Origin: Dehalococcoides sp. JdFR-54
Lineage (GTDB): Bacteria > Chloroflexota > Dehalococcoidia > JdFR-54
Length of the DNA: 64,000 bases
Assembly (NCBI GenBank): GCA_002011475.1
Contig: MTNP01000005.1
Location: forward strand, 15,336 to 79,335
Direction: 5' to 3'
Position numbers and translations under genes: made by a program. Below, piece by piece: positions 41,003-51,197 of the stretch (position 1 is its first letter; each line of letters starts with the position of its first letter). Under the pieces are notes generated by a model. It saw only the letters and a list, made by a program, of their open reading frames with translations. It searched no databases and was not told where the DNA came from.

Positions 41003-42034
41003 TCAAGGATATAGTAGCACTTTGCCCGTTTCCCCGCCTGCCGCCAGCTCCAGGGCACTGCTGAAGTCAGCCAAGGGGAAGCGATGGGTTATCACGGGCA
41101 TGGGGTCGAACCTTCCCGACTCTAGCAGGTATTGCATCTGCCACCATGTCTGCCACATTATCCGGCCCGTGCAGCCCAGCACCGTGGCCTCTTTATAGAT
41201 GATGTCCTCGGGGGTATCCAGCTCCACCGGCGCTGAGGGCATCCCGATCAGGCTGACCCTGCCCCCCCGCCGCAGTACCTGGAAGGCCATTTTGGTGGCC
41301 TCGGTGCTGCCACTGACCTCCAGGGAGACATCCACCCCCCGACCCTCGGTAGCCTCGAGGATGGCCCTGACCACATCTTCCCTTGCGGGGTTAAGCAACC
41401 TGGCCTGGGGGGCCAACCGGTGAGCCATGGCCAGTCGGGTGGGATTGGGCTCCAAGGCGAAGACCTTGGTTGCCCCCAGGGCAGCCACGACACCGACACA
41501 AAACAGGCCGATGGGCCCGCAACCGAAAACGGCCACGCTTTTGCCGTTGATCTCCCCCGAGAGGGCGCCGTGTACCGCCACCCCCAAGGGCTCCAAGATG
41601 GCGCCCAAGTCGGCAGGGGTGTCCTTGCTGAGTCGCCAACAGCAGACGGCGGGGATTCTAGCATATTCCGCAAAGGCGCCATCGGTGTGAACGCCGATAA
41701 TGGCCATTCTCTCGCAGATATGCTGGGCCCCCGTCTGGCACTGGTAGCATTGGCCACAGGGTATGTGCGTTTCCACAGCCACCAGGTCGCCCAGCTTCGG
41801 GGTGGTCACCTGGTCGCCCACCGCCACCACCTCCCCACACGCCTCGTGGCCGAAGATCAGCGGCGGCTTGAGCCTGGCCTGGGCAAAGGGAGTCCAGTGG
41901 TAGATGTGAATATCGGTGCCGCATATAGCCGCAGCCTTCACCCGGATCAGGACATCTGTGGCCCCGATGGTGGGTATATCCACATCCAGGAGTTCGGCTC
42001 CGGGAGCCCTGCCTGTCTTCACCAAGGCTTTCAT
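41003..42034 (-). CDS. Zn-dependent medium-chain alcohol/polyol dehydrogenase (threonine-3-/sorbitol-dehydrogenase family)
   Basis: GHEACGEV catalytic Zn motif, structural Zn CGQCYQCQTG, and Rossmann VFGCGPIGL. Confidence 0.8.
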   Translation of the reverse strand: MKALVKTGRAPGAELLDVDIPTIGATDVLIRVKAAAICGTDIHIYHWTPFAQARLKPPLIFGHEACGEVVAVGDQVTTPKLGDLVAVETHIPCGQCYQCQTGAQHICERMAIIGVHTDGAFAEYARIPAVCCWRLSKDTPADLGAILEPLGVAVHGALSGEINGKSVAVFGCGPIGLFCVGVVAALGATKVFALEPNPTRLAMAHRLAPQARLLNPAREDVVRAILEATEGRGVDVSLEVSGSTEATKMAFQVLRRGGRVSLIGMPSAPVELDTPEDIIYKEATVLGCTGRIMWQTWWQMQYLLESGRFDPMPVITHRFPLADFSSALELAAGGETGKVLLYP

Positions 42035-42144
42035 CTTGTTTCGTCCCCCACTGGTATGAGCGGCCGAGGCCCTTCCTAGATTCTATTCCGTGGGGTACGG
42101 CTTGTAAAGACAAAGAGGGTCCCCATAGCCCTTTCCGCGGAGTA

Positions 42145-42173
42145 TTGACAAGCGCTCGTTGCCTGCCCATAAT
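42145..42173 (+). promoter_or_regulatory. near-consensus sigma70 promoter (TTGACA-17-CATAAT) for cupin-iorAB
   Basis: ttgaca AGCGCTCGTTGCCTGCC cataat. Confidence 0.5.
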
Positions 42174-42260
42174 ACCCGCAAGGCCGTTATCGACGGTGTC
42201 GTGCTCGTCTTTGTGGCAAAACAGCCAGATTGTATATCCCACGCTTAAAGGGAGGCCATG

Positions 42261-42767
42261 ATGCAAAAGAAAGAGCCGCGTGCCACCCCAGAGGAGTTCA
42301 AAAAAGGGGTTGTTCGCTACCAGGATGTGCCCCTGGTGGAGCTGATGCCCCATGCCCACAGCCACATTGTCTCGGGCAAGAATGTGTTGGTCAGCTTTAT
42401 CACTATGAGCGCCAACTCCTCCTTCGCCCTCCATCGGCATGAAGCCGAACAGATCATGATCGTTGTCGATGGCTATTGCGATGAGATCATCGAGGGCAAA
42501 CTCTACCGGGTGCAGAAGGGAGATGTCATCCTTCTCCCTCCCAATATAGAACATGGCGCCTATGTCTATGAACAGCCCTGTAGCGCCATCGATATCTTCT
42601 CCCCGCCGCGGCAAGACTATCTAGACAAACTGAACAAGGCCATAGAGGCACAGGCCAATAACAGGGTGTGCCCGGCTTGTGTTTTCCGGGCAGGCCCTGG
42701 GCCGAGATTGGCCACAACGCTGTTGTCCCCGTTCTGCTATAATACGGGTGGCAAGCCGGCGGCTTAG
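42261..42767 (+). CDS. cupin-domain protein
   Basis: Conserved-barrel motifs HxH...E...H: HAHSHIV, ALHRHEAEQIMIV, PPNIEHGAY. Confidence 0.5.
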   Translation: MQKKEPRATPEEFKKGVVRYQDVPLVELMPHAHSHIVSGKNVLVSFITMSANSSFALHRHEAEQIMIVVDGYCDEIIEGKLYRVQKGDVILLPPNIEHGAYVYEQPCSAIDIFSPPRQDYLDKLNKAIEAQANNRVCPACVFRAGPGPRLATTLLSPFCYNTGGKPAA

Positions 42768-42799
42768 AGGGTCGCTTAGGTGCGTATTGGAGGAAGGGC

Positions 42800-44629
42800 A
42801 TGGTTCTCAAGGTGGAGACAGACTATTTGATGGGCAATGAGGCTATGGGGCGGGGCGCGGTGGAAGCTGGGGTGAGGGTGGTGGCCGGCTATCCGGGAAC
42901 ACCCGCCTCGGAGATTTTGACCTACCTCTCCCAGTACCCGGATGTCTATGTGGAGTGGTCGGCCAATGAGAAGGTGGCCCTGGAGATGGCCCTGGGCGCC
43001 TCCCTGTGCCGAGTGAGGGCCATGGCGGTCATGAAGCATAACGGCCTCAATGTGGTCACGGACTTCCTGATGCACCTCAACTTCACCGGGGTGCGGGGGG
43101 GTCTGGTGCTGGTGGCCGCCGATGACCCCGGCGGCCTATCCTCCCAGAACGAGGAGGATAGCCGCATCATAATCCAGCGCCATGCCCATCTACCCCTATT
43201 CGACCCCTGGCACCCCAGGGAGGCCAAGGAGATGGTCAAGGCCGCCTTTGAGCTATCGGAGCAGACGGAGCTCTGCTTTGTGCTGCGTCCGGTGATGCGC
43301 GTCTGCCATGCCCGCAGCGCCATCGGCCTGGAGGCGCTGCCCCAGACGGAAAGGCAGCCCGCGTTCGAGGACGACCGCTCCCGGTTTGTGATGAGCGGGG
43401 TGAGGGAGCCCAAATTTGGTGGCATGCTCCGCCCTGTTCTGAGGCACAGGTGGCTGAATGACAAGCAGCCGGAGATCGCCCGGATTATGGAAGAGAGCCC
43501 CTTCAATCACATCGAGGAGGGGGAGGGGAAGAGCGGCCTGGTGGCCTGCGGCATCGCTTATGCCTATGTAAAGGAGGCGGAGAGGCTCCTGGGCCATAAG
43601 CTGCCGGTGCTCAAGCTGGGCACCCTGCCACCGCCGCGCAGCAAGGTCCTGGAATTCGCCCGCCTCATGGACAAGCTGGTGGTCTACGAGGAGGTGGAGC
43701 CAGTGGTGGAGCGCTGGCTCAAGGAGCTGCTCTACGAGGCGGGCCTTAGGGTGGAGGTGGTGGGACGAAGCGGCTTTCTGCCCTCAGAGGGGGAATTATC
43801 CACGGAGGTGGTGCTGGATTCCATCGGGCGCTTGTATCCAAAGCTGAGGGTGCCCAAGCCGGAGGCCCCTCCCCTCCAGGTGCCGGTACGGACACGTACC
43901 CAGTGCGTGGGCTGTGGCTATCGGGGGCTGCTGCACGCCCTGAAGCTAACCGTCCGAAAGAGCCATGGGGTGGTCACCGGGGATATAGGCTGTTACGATG
44001 CCGGCGCCTTCGCGCCTTTGGAACTACAATCGACCATCTATTGCATGGGTTCGTCCATCCCTATGGCCCAGGGCATGGCCCATAGCGGCTTGGGGCGTCC
44101 CGTTTTCGCCATAATCGGCGATTCCACCTTCTTCCACAATGGCCTGCTCGGCCTGCTCAATGCCATCCATAGCGGGGTCAATCTGGTGGCCATCGTCTGT
44201 GACAACCGCACCACAGCCATGACCGGCTTTCAGCCCCACCCCGGGAGCGATACCGATATCAGGGGAGAGCCCGCCCAGGCCATCGACATCGCCAAGATGG
44301 CTGAGGCCATGGGAGCCAAGGTGCAGGTGGTCAACCCCTATGATATACCCCAAGTGCTCCAGGCTCTGGATAGGGCAGTGAAGGGGGGGGTGTCGGTGGT
44401 GGTGTCCCGGGCCCCCTGTTACTTGCTGGCCAGCAGGGCCGGAGAGACGCTCTTCACCCCCCGAAGGGTGAGGGTGGACCCCGAGCTGTGTAACAACTGC
44501 AAGATATGTGTCGACTACTTCGGCTGTCCCGCCATACACTTCAAGGATGACAAGGTCTATATAGACGAGGTCACCTGCGTTCAGTGCGGCATGTGCCTCG
44601 AGGTGTGCAAAAGGGGGGCTATAAAATGA
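42800..44629 (+). CDS. iorA: indolepyruvate:ferredoxin oxidoreductase alpha subunit
   Basis: LMGNEAMGRGAVEAGV, a TPP-binding GDIGCY...GDSTFFH motif, and two C-terminal 4Fe-4S CxxCxxCxxxC motifs. Confidence 0.85.
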   Translation: MVLKVETDYLMGNEAMGRGAVEAGVRVVAGYPGTPASEILTYLSQYPDVYVEWSANEKVALEMALGASLCRVRAMAVMKHNGLNVVTDFLMHLNFTGVRGGLVLVAADDPGGLSSQNEEDSRIIIQRHAHLPLFDPWHPREAKEMVKAAFELSEQTELCFVLRPVMRVCHARSAIGLEALPQTERQPAFEDDRSRFVMSGVREPKFGGMLRPVLRHRWLNDKQPEIARIMEESPFNHIEEGEGKSGLVACGIAYAYVKEAERLLGHKLPVLKLGTLPPPRSKVLEFARLMDKLVVYEEVEPVVERWLKELLYEAGLRVEVVGRSGFLPSEGELSTEVVLDSIGRLYPKLRVPKPEAPPLQVPVRTRTQCVGCGYRGLLHALKLTVRKSHGVVTGDIGCYDAGAFAPLELQSTIYCMGSSIPMAQGMAHSGLGRPVFAIIGDSTFFHNGLLGLLNAIHSGVNLVAIVCDNRTTAMTGFQPHPGSDTDIRGEPAQAIDIAKMAEAMGAKVQVVNPYDIPQVLQALDRAVKGGVSVVVSRAPCYLLASRAGETLFTPRRVRVDPELCNNCKICVDYFGCPAIHFKDDKVYIDEVTCVQCGMCLEVCKRGAIK

Positions 44630-45231
44630 AGCTGGACGTCTTCATCGCTGGCGTGGGCGGGCAGGGAAATCTATTTGCCTCCCGGGTTCTGGCCGTGTAC
44701 TCCCTGGGCAAGGGGTACACGGTGCTGGCCACGGAGACCATCGGCGCCGCCCAGCGCGGGGGCTCGGTGGTGTCTCATCTCAGGATAAGCGATGCAGAAA
44801 TATACTCGCCGCTCATACCCGTGGGCCAGGTAGATATTCTGATGGGCTTCGAGACCATCGAGATGCTGCGCAATATCAACCTGCTCAGCCCCCAGGGGGA
44901 GTATTTGCTCAATAAGTATCAGATCCCCACAGTGAGATGCAATATGGGGCTGGACACCTATCCCTCCGATGAGGCCATAATGGAGGCCCTCCAGGCCACA
45001 GGCAAACGCGGCTACGTCATCGAGGCCACTGAGGCAGCCTGGAGGGTGGGGGACAGCGTGCTCACCAACGTGGTGATGCTGGGGGCACTGTGTGAGATCA
45101 GCCCATTCTTCGACAGCGACGAGGTCAAAAGGGTACTGGCCGCCGAAGCCCCCAGAAAGGCGGTGGACTCCAATCTGAGGGCCTTCGAGGCGGGGAAGGC
45201 GCTGATGGCCGAGGTGGTGGGGAAAAGATAG
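44626..45231 (+). CDS. iorB: indolepyruvate:ferredoxin oxidoreductase beta subunit
   Basis: MKLDVFIAGVGGQGNLFASRVL. The start overlaps the iorA stop as ATGA. Confidence 0.85.
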   Translation: MKLDVFIAGVGGQGNLFASRVLAVYSLGKGYTVLATETIGAAQRGGSVVSHLRISDAEIYSPLIPVGQVDILMGFETIEMLRNINLLSPQGEYLLNKYQIPTVRCNMGLDTYPSDEAIMEALQATGKRGYVIEATEAAWRVGDSVLTNVVMLGALCEISPFFDSDEVKRVLAAEAPRKAVDSNLRAFEAGKALMAEVVGKR

Positions 45232-45290
45232 GGCAGCCCCTCGCCGGCCTGGCCCTCCTCAATCTTTATGTCCTCAAGCCCCAGCCCCGC

Positions 45291-47957
45291 TCAAAAATGG
45301 GCCAGTAACGCCTCAATCAGGGGCGTGGCCTGCTCCTCGCTGAGGCAGTACTTCATCTCGGTAAACCTGCTTCGGAACCGGGAAATGGTCTCGGGGCAAT
45401 CCCTACCGGCCAGCACTATATCCGCCATGTAGCCGGCCAGCTCTTGGAAGTCCGGCTCTGTCATGCCGAATCTGGTCATCTCCTGGACACCCATCCTCAC
45501 CCCGCTGCTGGCGGTGAAGGTCTCATCGCCCGGTATGGCTTGGTAGTTCACAACTATGTTGTTTGCCTCCAGCCGGTGGGCCACCTCGATTCCCTTGGCA
45601 TAGTCAAATCTCAGGATCACCTGGTGGGTCTCCGTGAAGTCGATCCCGGGGTCTCCCTCTACCCGAAATCCGCACTCCTTCAGTGCCAGGGCGAAGGCCT
45701 TGGCATTGGCGATCACTTGCCTCTGGTACTCGTCTTTGAAGGCATTCATCTCGTAGGTTGCCATCAGAAGCCCCAGCAGGGTGCCCAGGTGATGATTGCT
45801 CACGCTCCCCGGGAATATTCTCCTCACTATGGCCTCCCACAGTTCAAAGGCGTCTGTGCCTTTGCTCATGTTGCTGGCGATTATCCCCCTCTGCGTGCCG
45901 AAGAAGGTTTTATGCGTTGACGCCGTTATAATATCGGCACCTTCCTCAAGGGGCTGCTGGAAATAGGGGCCGAGGAGACCAAAGACATGGGCGGTATCAT
46001 ACATGAGCGTGGGCCTGGGTCTCATACCGGCAATCATGAGGGCTATCTCCGACACGGGCTCCCGATGCAACACCGCGCTCTTGCCCAAGATGATCAGCTC
46101 AGGCTTGTGCTCCGCTATGAGTTGGGCTGTCCTGTCCAGGTCTATCTGCCACGGGTTGTCCAGCGACCAGGGGAAGTTGACGACCGCCGGCCTTCCGGTC
46201 AGGGGACTGATGGCGACATAGTCCCTCAGCGCGCCCATGGGCTGTGAGCTGAGGTGGCCTCCCATCCCAATGAAATGGTTCATAACGCTCCGGAATCTCC
46301 GCGGCTCAGCCGTCCTGTCCACCCTGTTCAGGTATTCCAATAGGCCGCTGAACACCGCGGTGTTGGCCATCTGGCCGCTGATGGGTCGGGTTTCTACCTG
46401 AGAGCAGCCGAGGAAATCCCTCATCTGTTCGGCCAACTCCTCCTCCACCTCGGCTATGAACCTTGTCCCCTGATAATAGTACGTCTCCACCTCCCCCAGG
46501 GCCTTGACTATCCGGTGCTCCGCATACCTCCCTGCTGGATCGGAGATGCTGAGCAATCTCACCAGGGGCGAGGGGGTCTGCTCAGAGGGTATCAAGTTGA
46601 TGGTGGCCCTTTGCCGCCACCGGGCATTGTCCAGGGTTTTCCTCACCAGGCTGTGAGCCAGCCCTTCCAACGTCTTTCTTGCCCCAGATGCGACCGCCTT
46701 ATCCTGATCTTCAACCAGGATTGGCCTAGCGTAGGGGGCTGCCTCGCTGCCCAGGTGCCGGCTGACCACCATGGCCGGGAGTTGCCTATCCCTTACGGAG
46801 ATCAGTAGCTCCTGCCCCTCCTTCAGGTCGGCATCGAGGTAGGCAAGGCATATCGCCCTTTTGCCTGATTGGGCGCCTGGCTTCGAAGCGACGCCCTTGC
46901 CCTCCACCCTCCAGAATGGGACCACGGTGCCGCTGGTCACGCGGCCCACCAATGCCCCGTTTAGGTAAACCTCACACCCTGCTCTGGCTACCCCATCACC
47001 CAAGACCGCTACAGGCATTATCATCCTGGGGACCAGCTGGTCCGCCTTGGGCTTGTCGAGCAGACCTTGCAGCCTTAACTTCACTTCCTCGAACTGGTTG
47101 GCCAGGGCCTCCCGGCCTATATAGTAACCCTTGTTCCTGGCGAAGCTGATGCAGTTTCCGGCTAGCCGCCCGGAGAACAGGGGTATCTCTTTCCCCTCCC
47201 CATCGTTTCCCAGCTCATGCCCATAGAGGGGGAGGTTGGCCTCAAGCCTCAAGGTGTCCCTGGCCCCCAGCCCGACAGCTACCACCCCCTCCCTGGCCCC
47301 AATTTCCAGCAAGGTGTTCCAGAGGGGGACAGCTATCTCCGCAGGGGGGAACAGCTCGAAGCCGATAGGTTCGCCGGTATAGCCTGTTCTAGCTATCGGC
47401 ACCTTTGTGCCGAATATCTCGACGGTGGTGATGGTGTTCCTGGTGGGACCGGGCAATCTCAGCCCATCACCCCCCAACACGGTCTCCAGCACCGCCTTCG
47501 ACCTGGGCCCCTGGAGCGCCAGCATGGCGATGGCAGCGGTACGGTCTTCGAGCACCACGGCGCGGAACCTTTCCTTGCGCTCTTGCAGCCACTGCCAGTC
47601 CTTTTCCGTGTTCGCAGCGTTGACCACCAGCATATACTGCTGATGGTTTATCCTGTAGAGATAGGCATCGTCAACTGCTCCCCCACTCTCGTTTGAGATG
47701 ATCGTGTACTGGGCTTGCCCTGGCTCCAATGCCTCAACGTTATTCGTTAAGACATATTGCAGGAAGGGCAGGGCATCTTCGCCACTTATTAGCAGTCTGC
47801 CCATATGAGAGAGGTCGAACAAGCCGCCGAATTTCCTGGTTGCCAGATGCTCTTGGAATATGCCCGAAGCATAGTTCAGAGGCATTTCCCAGCCGCAGAA
47901 TTCAATCATATTGGCCGCTAGTTTTATATGCTCTTGATATAAAGGTGTGCGCTTCAT
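45291..47957 (-). CDS. fusion protein: glycine-cleavage T protein (aminomethyltransferase) N-terminal ~430 aa joined to a full-length serine hydroxymethyltransferase C-terminal ~450 aa
   Basis: The N-terminal part reads MKRTPLYQEHIKLAANMIEFCGWEMPLNYASGIFQEHLATRKFGGLFDLSHMGRL (GcvT). The C-terminal part has NLIPSEQTPSP, PISGQMANTAVFSGLL, HKPELIILGKSA, MYDTAHVFGLL, ITASTHKTFFGTQRGII (PLP-Lys) and FPGSVSNHHLG, all SHMT signatures. It is one uninterrupted 895-codon frame. Confidence 0.8.
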   Translation of the reverse strand: MKRTPLYQEHIKLAANMIEFCGWEMPLNYASGIFQEHLATRKFGGLFDLSHMGRLLISGEDALPFLQYVLTNNVEALEPGQAQYTIISNESGGAVDDAYLYRINHQQYMLVVNAANTEKDWQWLQERKERFRAVVLEDRTAAIAMLALQGPRSKAVLETVLGGDGLRLPGPTRNTITTVEIFGTKVPIARTGYTGEPIGFELFPPAEIAVPLWNTLLEIGAREGVVAVGLGARDTLRLEANLPLYGHELGNDGEGKEIPLFSGRLAGNCISFARNKGYYIGREALANQFEEVKLRLQGLLDKPKADQLVPRMIMPVAVLGDGVARAGCEVYLNGALVGRVTSGTVVPFWRVEGKGVASKPGAQSGKRAICLAYLDADLKEGQELLISVRDRQLPAMVVSRHLGSEAAPYARPILVEDQDKAVASGARKTLEGLAHSLVRKTLDNARWRQRATINLIPSEQTPSPLVRLLSISDPAGRYAEHRIVKALGEVETYYYQGTRFIAEVEEELAEQMRDFLGCSQVETRPISGQMANTAVFSGLLEYLNRVDRTAEPRRFRSVMNHFIGMGGHLSSQPMGALRDYVAISPLTGRPAVVNFPWSLDNPWQIDLDRTAQLIAEHKPELIILGKSAVLHREPVSEIALMIAGMRPRPTLMYDTAHVFGLLGPYFQQPLEEGADIITASTHKTFFGTQRGIIASNMSKGTDAFELWEAIVRRIFPGSVSNHHLGTLLGLLMATYEMNAFKDEYQRQVIANAKAFALALKECGFRVEGDPGIDFTETHQVILRFDYAKGIEVAHRLEANNIVVNYQAIPGDETFTASSGVRMGVQEMTRFGMTEPDFQELAGYMADIVLAGRDCPETISRFRSRFTEMKYCLSEEQATPLIEALLAHF

Positions 47958-47962
47958 CGTTA

Positions 47963-49435
47963 TCAAGTCCTTCTGCATCGATCATTCCCTTTCGGGGTCC
48001 AGCGCAGGTTCAGCTTTCTGGCAGCCGCCACCTCATCGAGACGCCTCATCGGGGTATTATGGGGCGCCGAGTGCAAGAGCTCGGGGTTCTCTTCTGCCTC
48101 TTTGGCTATCATCTTCATGGCAGCTATAAATTCATCGAGCGTCTCCTTGCTCTCCGTTTCGGTGGGCTCTATCATCAGGGCCTGGCTGACCACCAGCGGA
48201 AAGTACATGGTGGGCGGATGAAAACCGTAGTCGAGCAATCGCTTGGCAATATCCAGGGCGGTTACCCCTTTGTCCTTCTGCCGGCTCGCCGAGATCACGA
48301 ATTCATGCAGGCAGGTTCGATCGTGGGGCAGGTGATAGTCATCCTTTAGCTTCTTTTGCAGATAATTGGCGTTGATCACCGCGTTGTCGCTGACCTCTCT
48401 CAGCCCCCCGGCCCCCAGGGTGCGTATGTAGGCATAGGCCTTCACCAATACGCCGAAGTTACCGTAAAAGGCGCTCACTTTGCCTATAGACTTGGCGGGC
48501 CGGGCGAATTCGTAGGCCGCTTGCCTTCCTTCTCTATAAATCACTACAGGGGTTGGCAGGAAGTCCTTCAGGAATTCCTTGACACAAACCGGGCCTGCTC
48601 CAGGCCCTCCCCCTCCATGGGGGGTGCTGAAGGTCTTATGCAGGTTCATTTGCACGAGATCAAATCCCAACTCCCCCAACTTGGTCCGGCCGATAACGGC
48701 ATTCAGATTGGCGCCGTCGCAGTAGAGGAGGGCACCGCAGTCGTGGACCAGTCTGCTTATCTCGAGCGTGTTACGGTCGAAGAGGCCCAGGGTGTTAGGT
48801 ATAGTGAGCATCAAGGCCGCCACCCTATCAGAGAGCTTTGGGCGTAGGTCATCCAGGTCCACATCGCCCTCCTGGGTGGACCTGACGGTCATCTGCTCAA
48901 AGCCGCACATGGTCACGGTGGCCGCGTTGGTACCGTGGGCTGTATCAGGGACCAGCATTATGTTCCTTTGGCCCTGCCCTCGGTGGCGGTGATAGGCCCT
49001 GACCATCATGGCTCCGGTCAGTTCCCCCTGAGCCCCAGCCATGGGAGCCAGACTGGTCGCATCCAGGCCCACAATCTCCGCCAGATATCCTTGAAGCTCG
49101 AACATGAGGCGAAGCGCCCCCTGAACCGTGTCCACCGGCTGGAGGGGGTGCAATTGGCTGAACCCGGGAAGCTGGGCGATAGCCTCGTGCCACTTGGGGT
49201 TATATTTCATGGTGCAACTTCCCAAGGGATAGAACCCGGTATCCACGCTGAAATTTAGGCGGCTCAGGGCGGTGAAGTACCTCACCAGCTCTATCTCGCT
49301 TACCTCGGGGAGGACGAGTTCCTCCCTGAGGAGGGAGGCATCCGGCAGCTCAGAGGGCGGCACGTCCAAGACGGGCAGGGTGCACCCCCTTGCCCCAGCC
49401 TTGCTTCTATCCAATAGCAGATCCCTCTTGCTCAT
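47963..49435 (-). CDS. gcvPB: glycine dehydrogenase (decarboxylating) subunit 2
   Basis: PLGSCTMKYNPK and the PLP motif NLHKTFSTPHGGGGPGAGP. Confidence 0.9.
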   Translation of the reverse strand: MSKRDLLLDRSKAGARGCTLPVLDVPPSELPDASLLREELVLPEVSEIELVRYFTALSRLNFSVDTGFYPLGSCTMKYNPKWHEAIAQLPGFSQLHPLQPVDTVQGALRLMFELQGYLAEIVGLDATSLAPMAGAQGELTGAMMVRAYHRHRGQGQRNIMLVPDTAHGTNAATVTMCGFEQMTVRSTQEGDVDLDDLRPKLSDRVAALMLTIPNTLGLFDRNTLEISRLVHDCGALLYCDGANLNAVIGRTKLGELGFDLVQMNLHKTFSTPHGGGGPGAGPVCVKEFLKDFLPTPVVIYREGRQAAYEFARPAKSIGKVSAFYGNFGVLVKAYAYIRTLGAGGLREVSDNAVINANYLQKKLKDDYHLPHDRTCLHEFVISASRQKDKGVTALDIAKRLLDYGFHPPTMYFPLVVSQALMIEPTETESKETLDEFIAAMKMIAKEAEENPELLHSAPHNTPMRRLDEVAAARKLNLRWTPKGNDRCRRT

Positions 49436-50754
49436 GCTGGCACCTCACTCCCGATGGCCTCAAGCTCGCCAACGAGTCTATCTATGTCGCCCCTGGTGTG
49501 CAGTTCGGTGACACAGAGGAGCATGCCGTTCTCAACCGTGGGGCTTAAATCGAGTCCGCCTATGATTCCCCTCTCCAGCAGTCGTCTGTTTATGTACGAG
49601 GGGGCAACGGGGCAGCGGATGGCAAATTCCTTGAAGAAGGGCCTGTCAAAGACCAGGCTATAGCCCTTCAGTCTGGAGATCCGGGCTGCCGCGTAGTGGG
49701 CCTTGTGATAGCAAAGCTGAGATAGCTCCTTAAGCCCCTGTTTGCCCAGGGCTGCCAAGTATATGGTGGCAGCCAGGGCCAGCCAAGCGGAATTGGTGCA
49801 GATATTTGAGGTGGCCCGCTCCCGGCGAATGTGCTGTTCGCGGGTTTGCAGTGTCAGGACATATCCCGTCTCTCCGTCCATATCCACAGTCTGTCCCACT
49901 ATCCTGCCGGGCATATGCCTCAAATATTCCTCACGGCAGGCGAAAATGCCCAGAGAAGGGCCACCAAAGCTGGGCGGGATCCCCAAAGGCTGTCCCTCAG
50001 CAACCACGATATCGGCACCCGCCTCGCCCGGGGGCTTCAACAAGCCCAATGAGATGGGGTCCACCACGACCACCAACAGGGCCCCGGCCGCATGAGCCAG
50101 CTGGGCATAGTCCTCCAATCTCTCCAGACAGCCGAAGAAATCAGGGTTCTGCACCAGGAGACAGGCATGGTCCGGGCCTAGGGAAAGGGCCTTGGCTTCC
50201 ACAATAGCGGGTGTTATGCCCAGGCCCTGGCTATAAGTCCTCACCACCTCTTGGTAGGCGGGATTTACACCACTCAGGATGGCGACCACCTTTCTGCCGG
50301 TGATGCGGCACGCCATAAGCGCCGCTTCGGCCAGCGCTGTGGCGCCGTCGTACATCCCGGCGTTGCTCACCCCCATCCCGGTAAGCTGACAGACCAGGGA
50401 CTGATATTCATATATGGCCTGCAGGGTGCCCTGGCTCACCTCCGCCTGGTAGGGGGTGTATGGGGTCAGGAACTCGCTCCGGCCGATGAGGTTAGTGACC
50501 ACACCCGGTATGAAATGCCGATATGAACCGGCACCTAAGAAGCAGCTATACCGCCCTTGATGGGCGTTGCTTGCGGCGAGCTCATTCAGCTCTCGCACCA
50601 GCTCCGCCTCAGAGAGGGCGGGGGGGAGCCGGAAATTGGCCTGGCGCTGGCTCGGGGGTATATCGATAAATAGCTCTTCAACCGAGGTTACCCCTATCTC
50701 CCCGAGCATAGCCTGCCGGTCTTGGTCGTTGTTAGCTATGTAAGGCGAAGTCAT
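49432..50754 (-). CDS. gcvPA: glycine dehydrogenase (decarboxylating) subunit 1
   Basis: 440 aa. FLGAGSYRHFIPGVV, TPYQAEVSQGTLQAIYEYQ. Confidence 0.9.
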   Translation of the reverse strand: MTSPYIANNDQDRQAMLGEIGVTSVEELFIDIPPSQRQANFRLPPALSEAELVRELNELAASNAHQGRYSCFLGAGSYRHFIPGVVTNLIGRSEFLTPYTPYQAEVSQGTLQAIYEYQSLVCQLTGMGVSNAGMYDGATALAEAALMACRITGRKVVAILSGVNPAYQEVVRTYSQGLGITPAIVEAKALSLGPDHACLLVQNPDFFGCLERLEDYAQLAHAAGALLVVVVDPISLGLLKPPGEAGADIVVAEGQPLGIPPSFGGPSLGIFACREEYLRHMPGRIVGQTVDMDGETGYVLTLQTREQHIRRERATSNICTNSAWLALAATIYLAALGKQGLKELSQLCYHKAHYAAARISRLKGYSLVFDRPFFKEFAIRCPVAPSYINRRLLERGIIGGLDLSPTVENGMLLCVTELHTRGDIDRLVGELEAIGSEVPA

Positions 50755-50764
50755 GCCATCTCCC

Positions 50765-51151
50765 TCAGCCTTCTTGCCGGCTGATAAACTCCTGATACTC
50801 CTGGAAGCTCATCAGGTTATTGAGCTCGGAAACATCATCGGCCGTCAACTTCACCAGCCAGCTCTCCCCAAAGGGGTCTTTCCTGACAAGGTCCGGTTCT
50901 TCCTTGAGGGCCTCGTTTACCGCCACAACCTCGCCGGAGAGGGGTGAGAAGATAACGGCGACAGCCTTCACCGATTCAAGCTCACCCAGTTTCTCAAACT
51001 GCTTTACTTTGCTACCCACGCTGACAAGCTCCAAGAAGACTATGTCCCCCAAACGGGCCGCAGCGAAGTCAGTGATTCCTACGGTGGCTATCCCATCCTT
51101 CTCAAATACCCATTCGTGACTCTCGGCGTATCTCAGCTCCCTTGGGTCCAA
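50765..51151 (-). CDS. gcvH: glycine cleavage system H protein
   Basis: ATVGITDFAAARLGDIVFLEL and the lipoyl-Lys motif ELESVKA. Confidence 0.9.
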   Translation of the reverse strand: MDPRELRYAESHEWVFEKDGIATVGITDFAAARLGDIVFLELVSVGSKVKQFEKLGELESVKAVAVIFSPLSGEVVAVNEALKEEPDLVRKDPFGESWLVKLTADDVSELNNLMSFQEYQEFISRQEG

Positions 51152-51197
51152 ATCATCACCTCCGCATTCGATTTTTTGCTCCGTTTCCTGCGACCAT

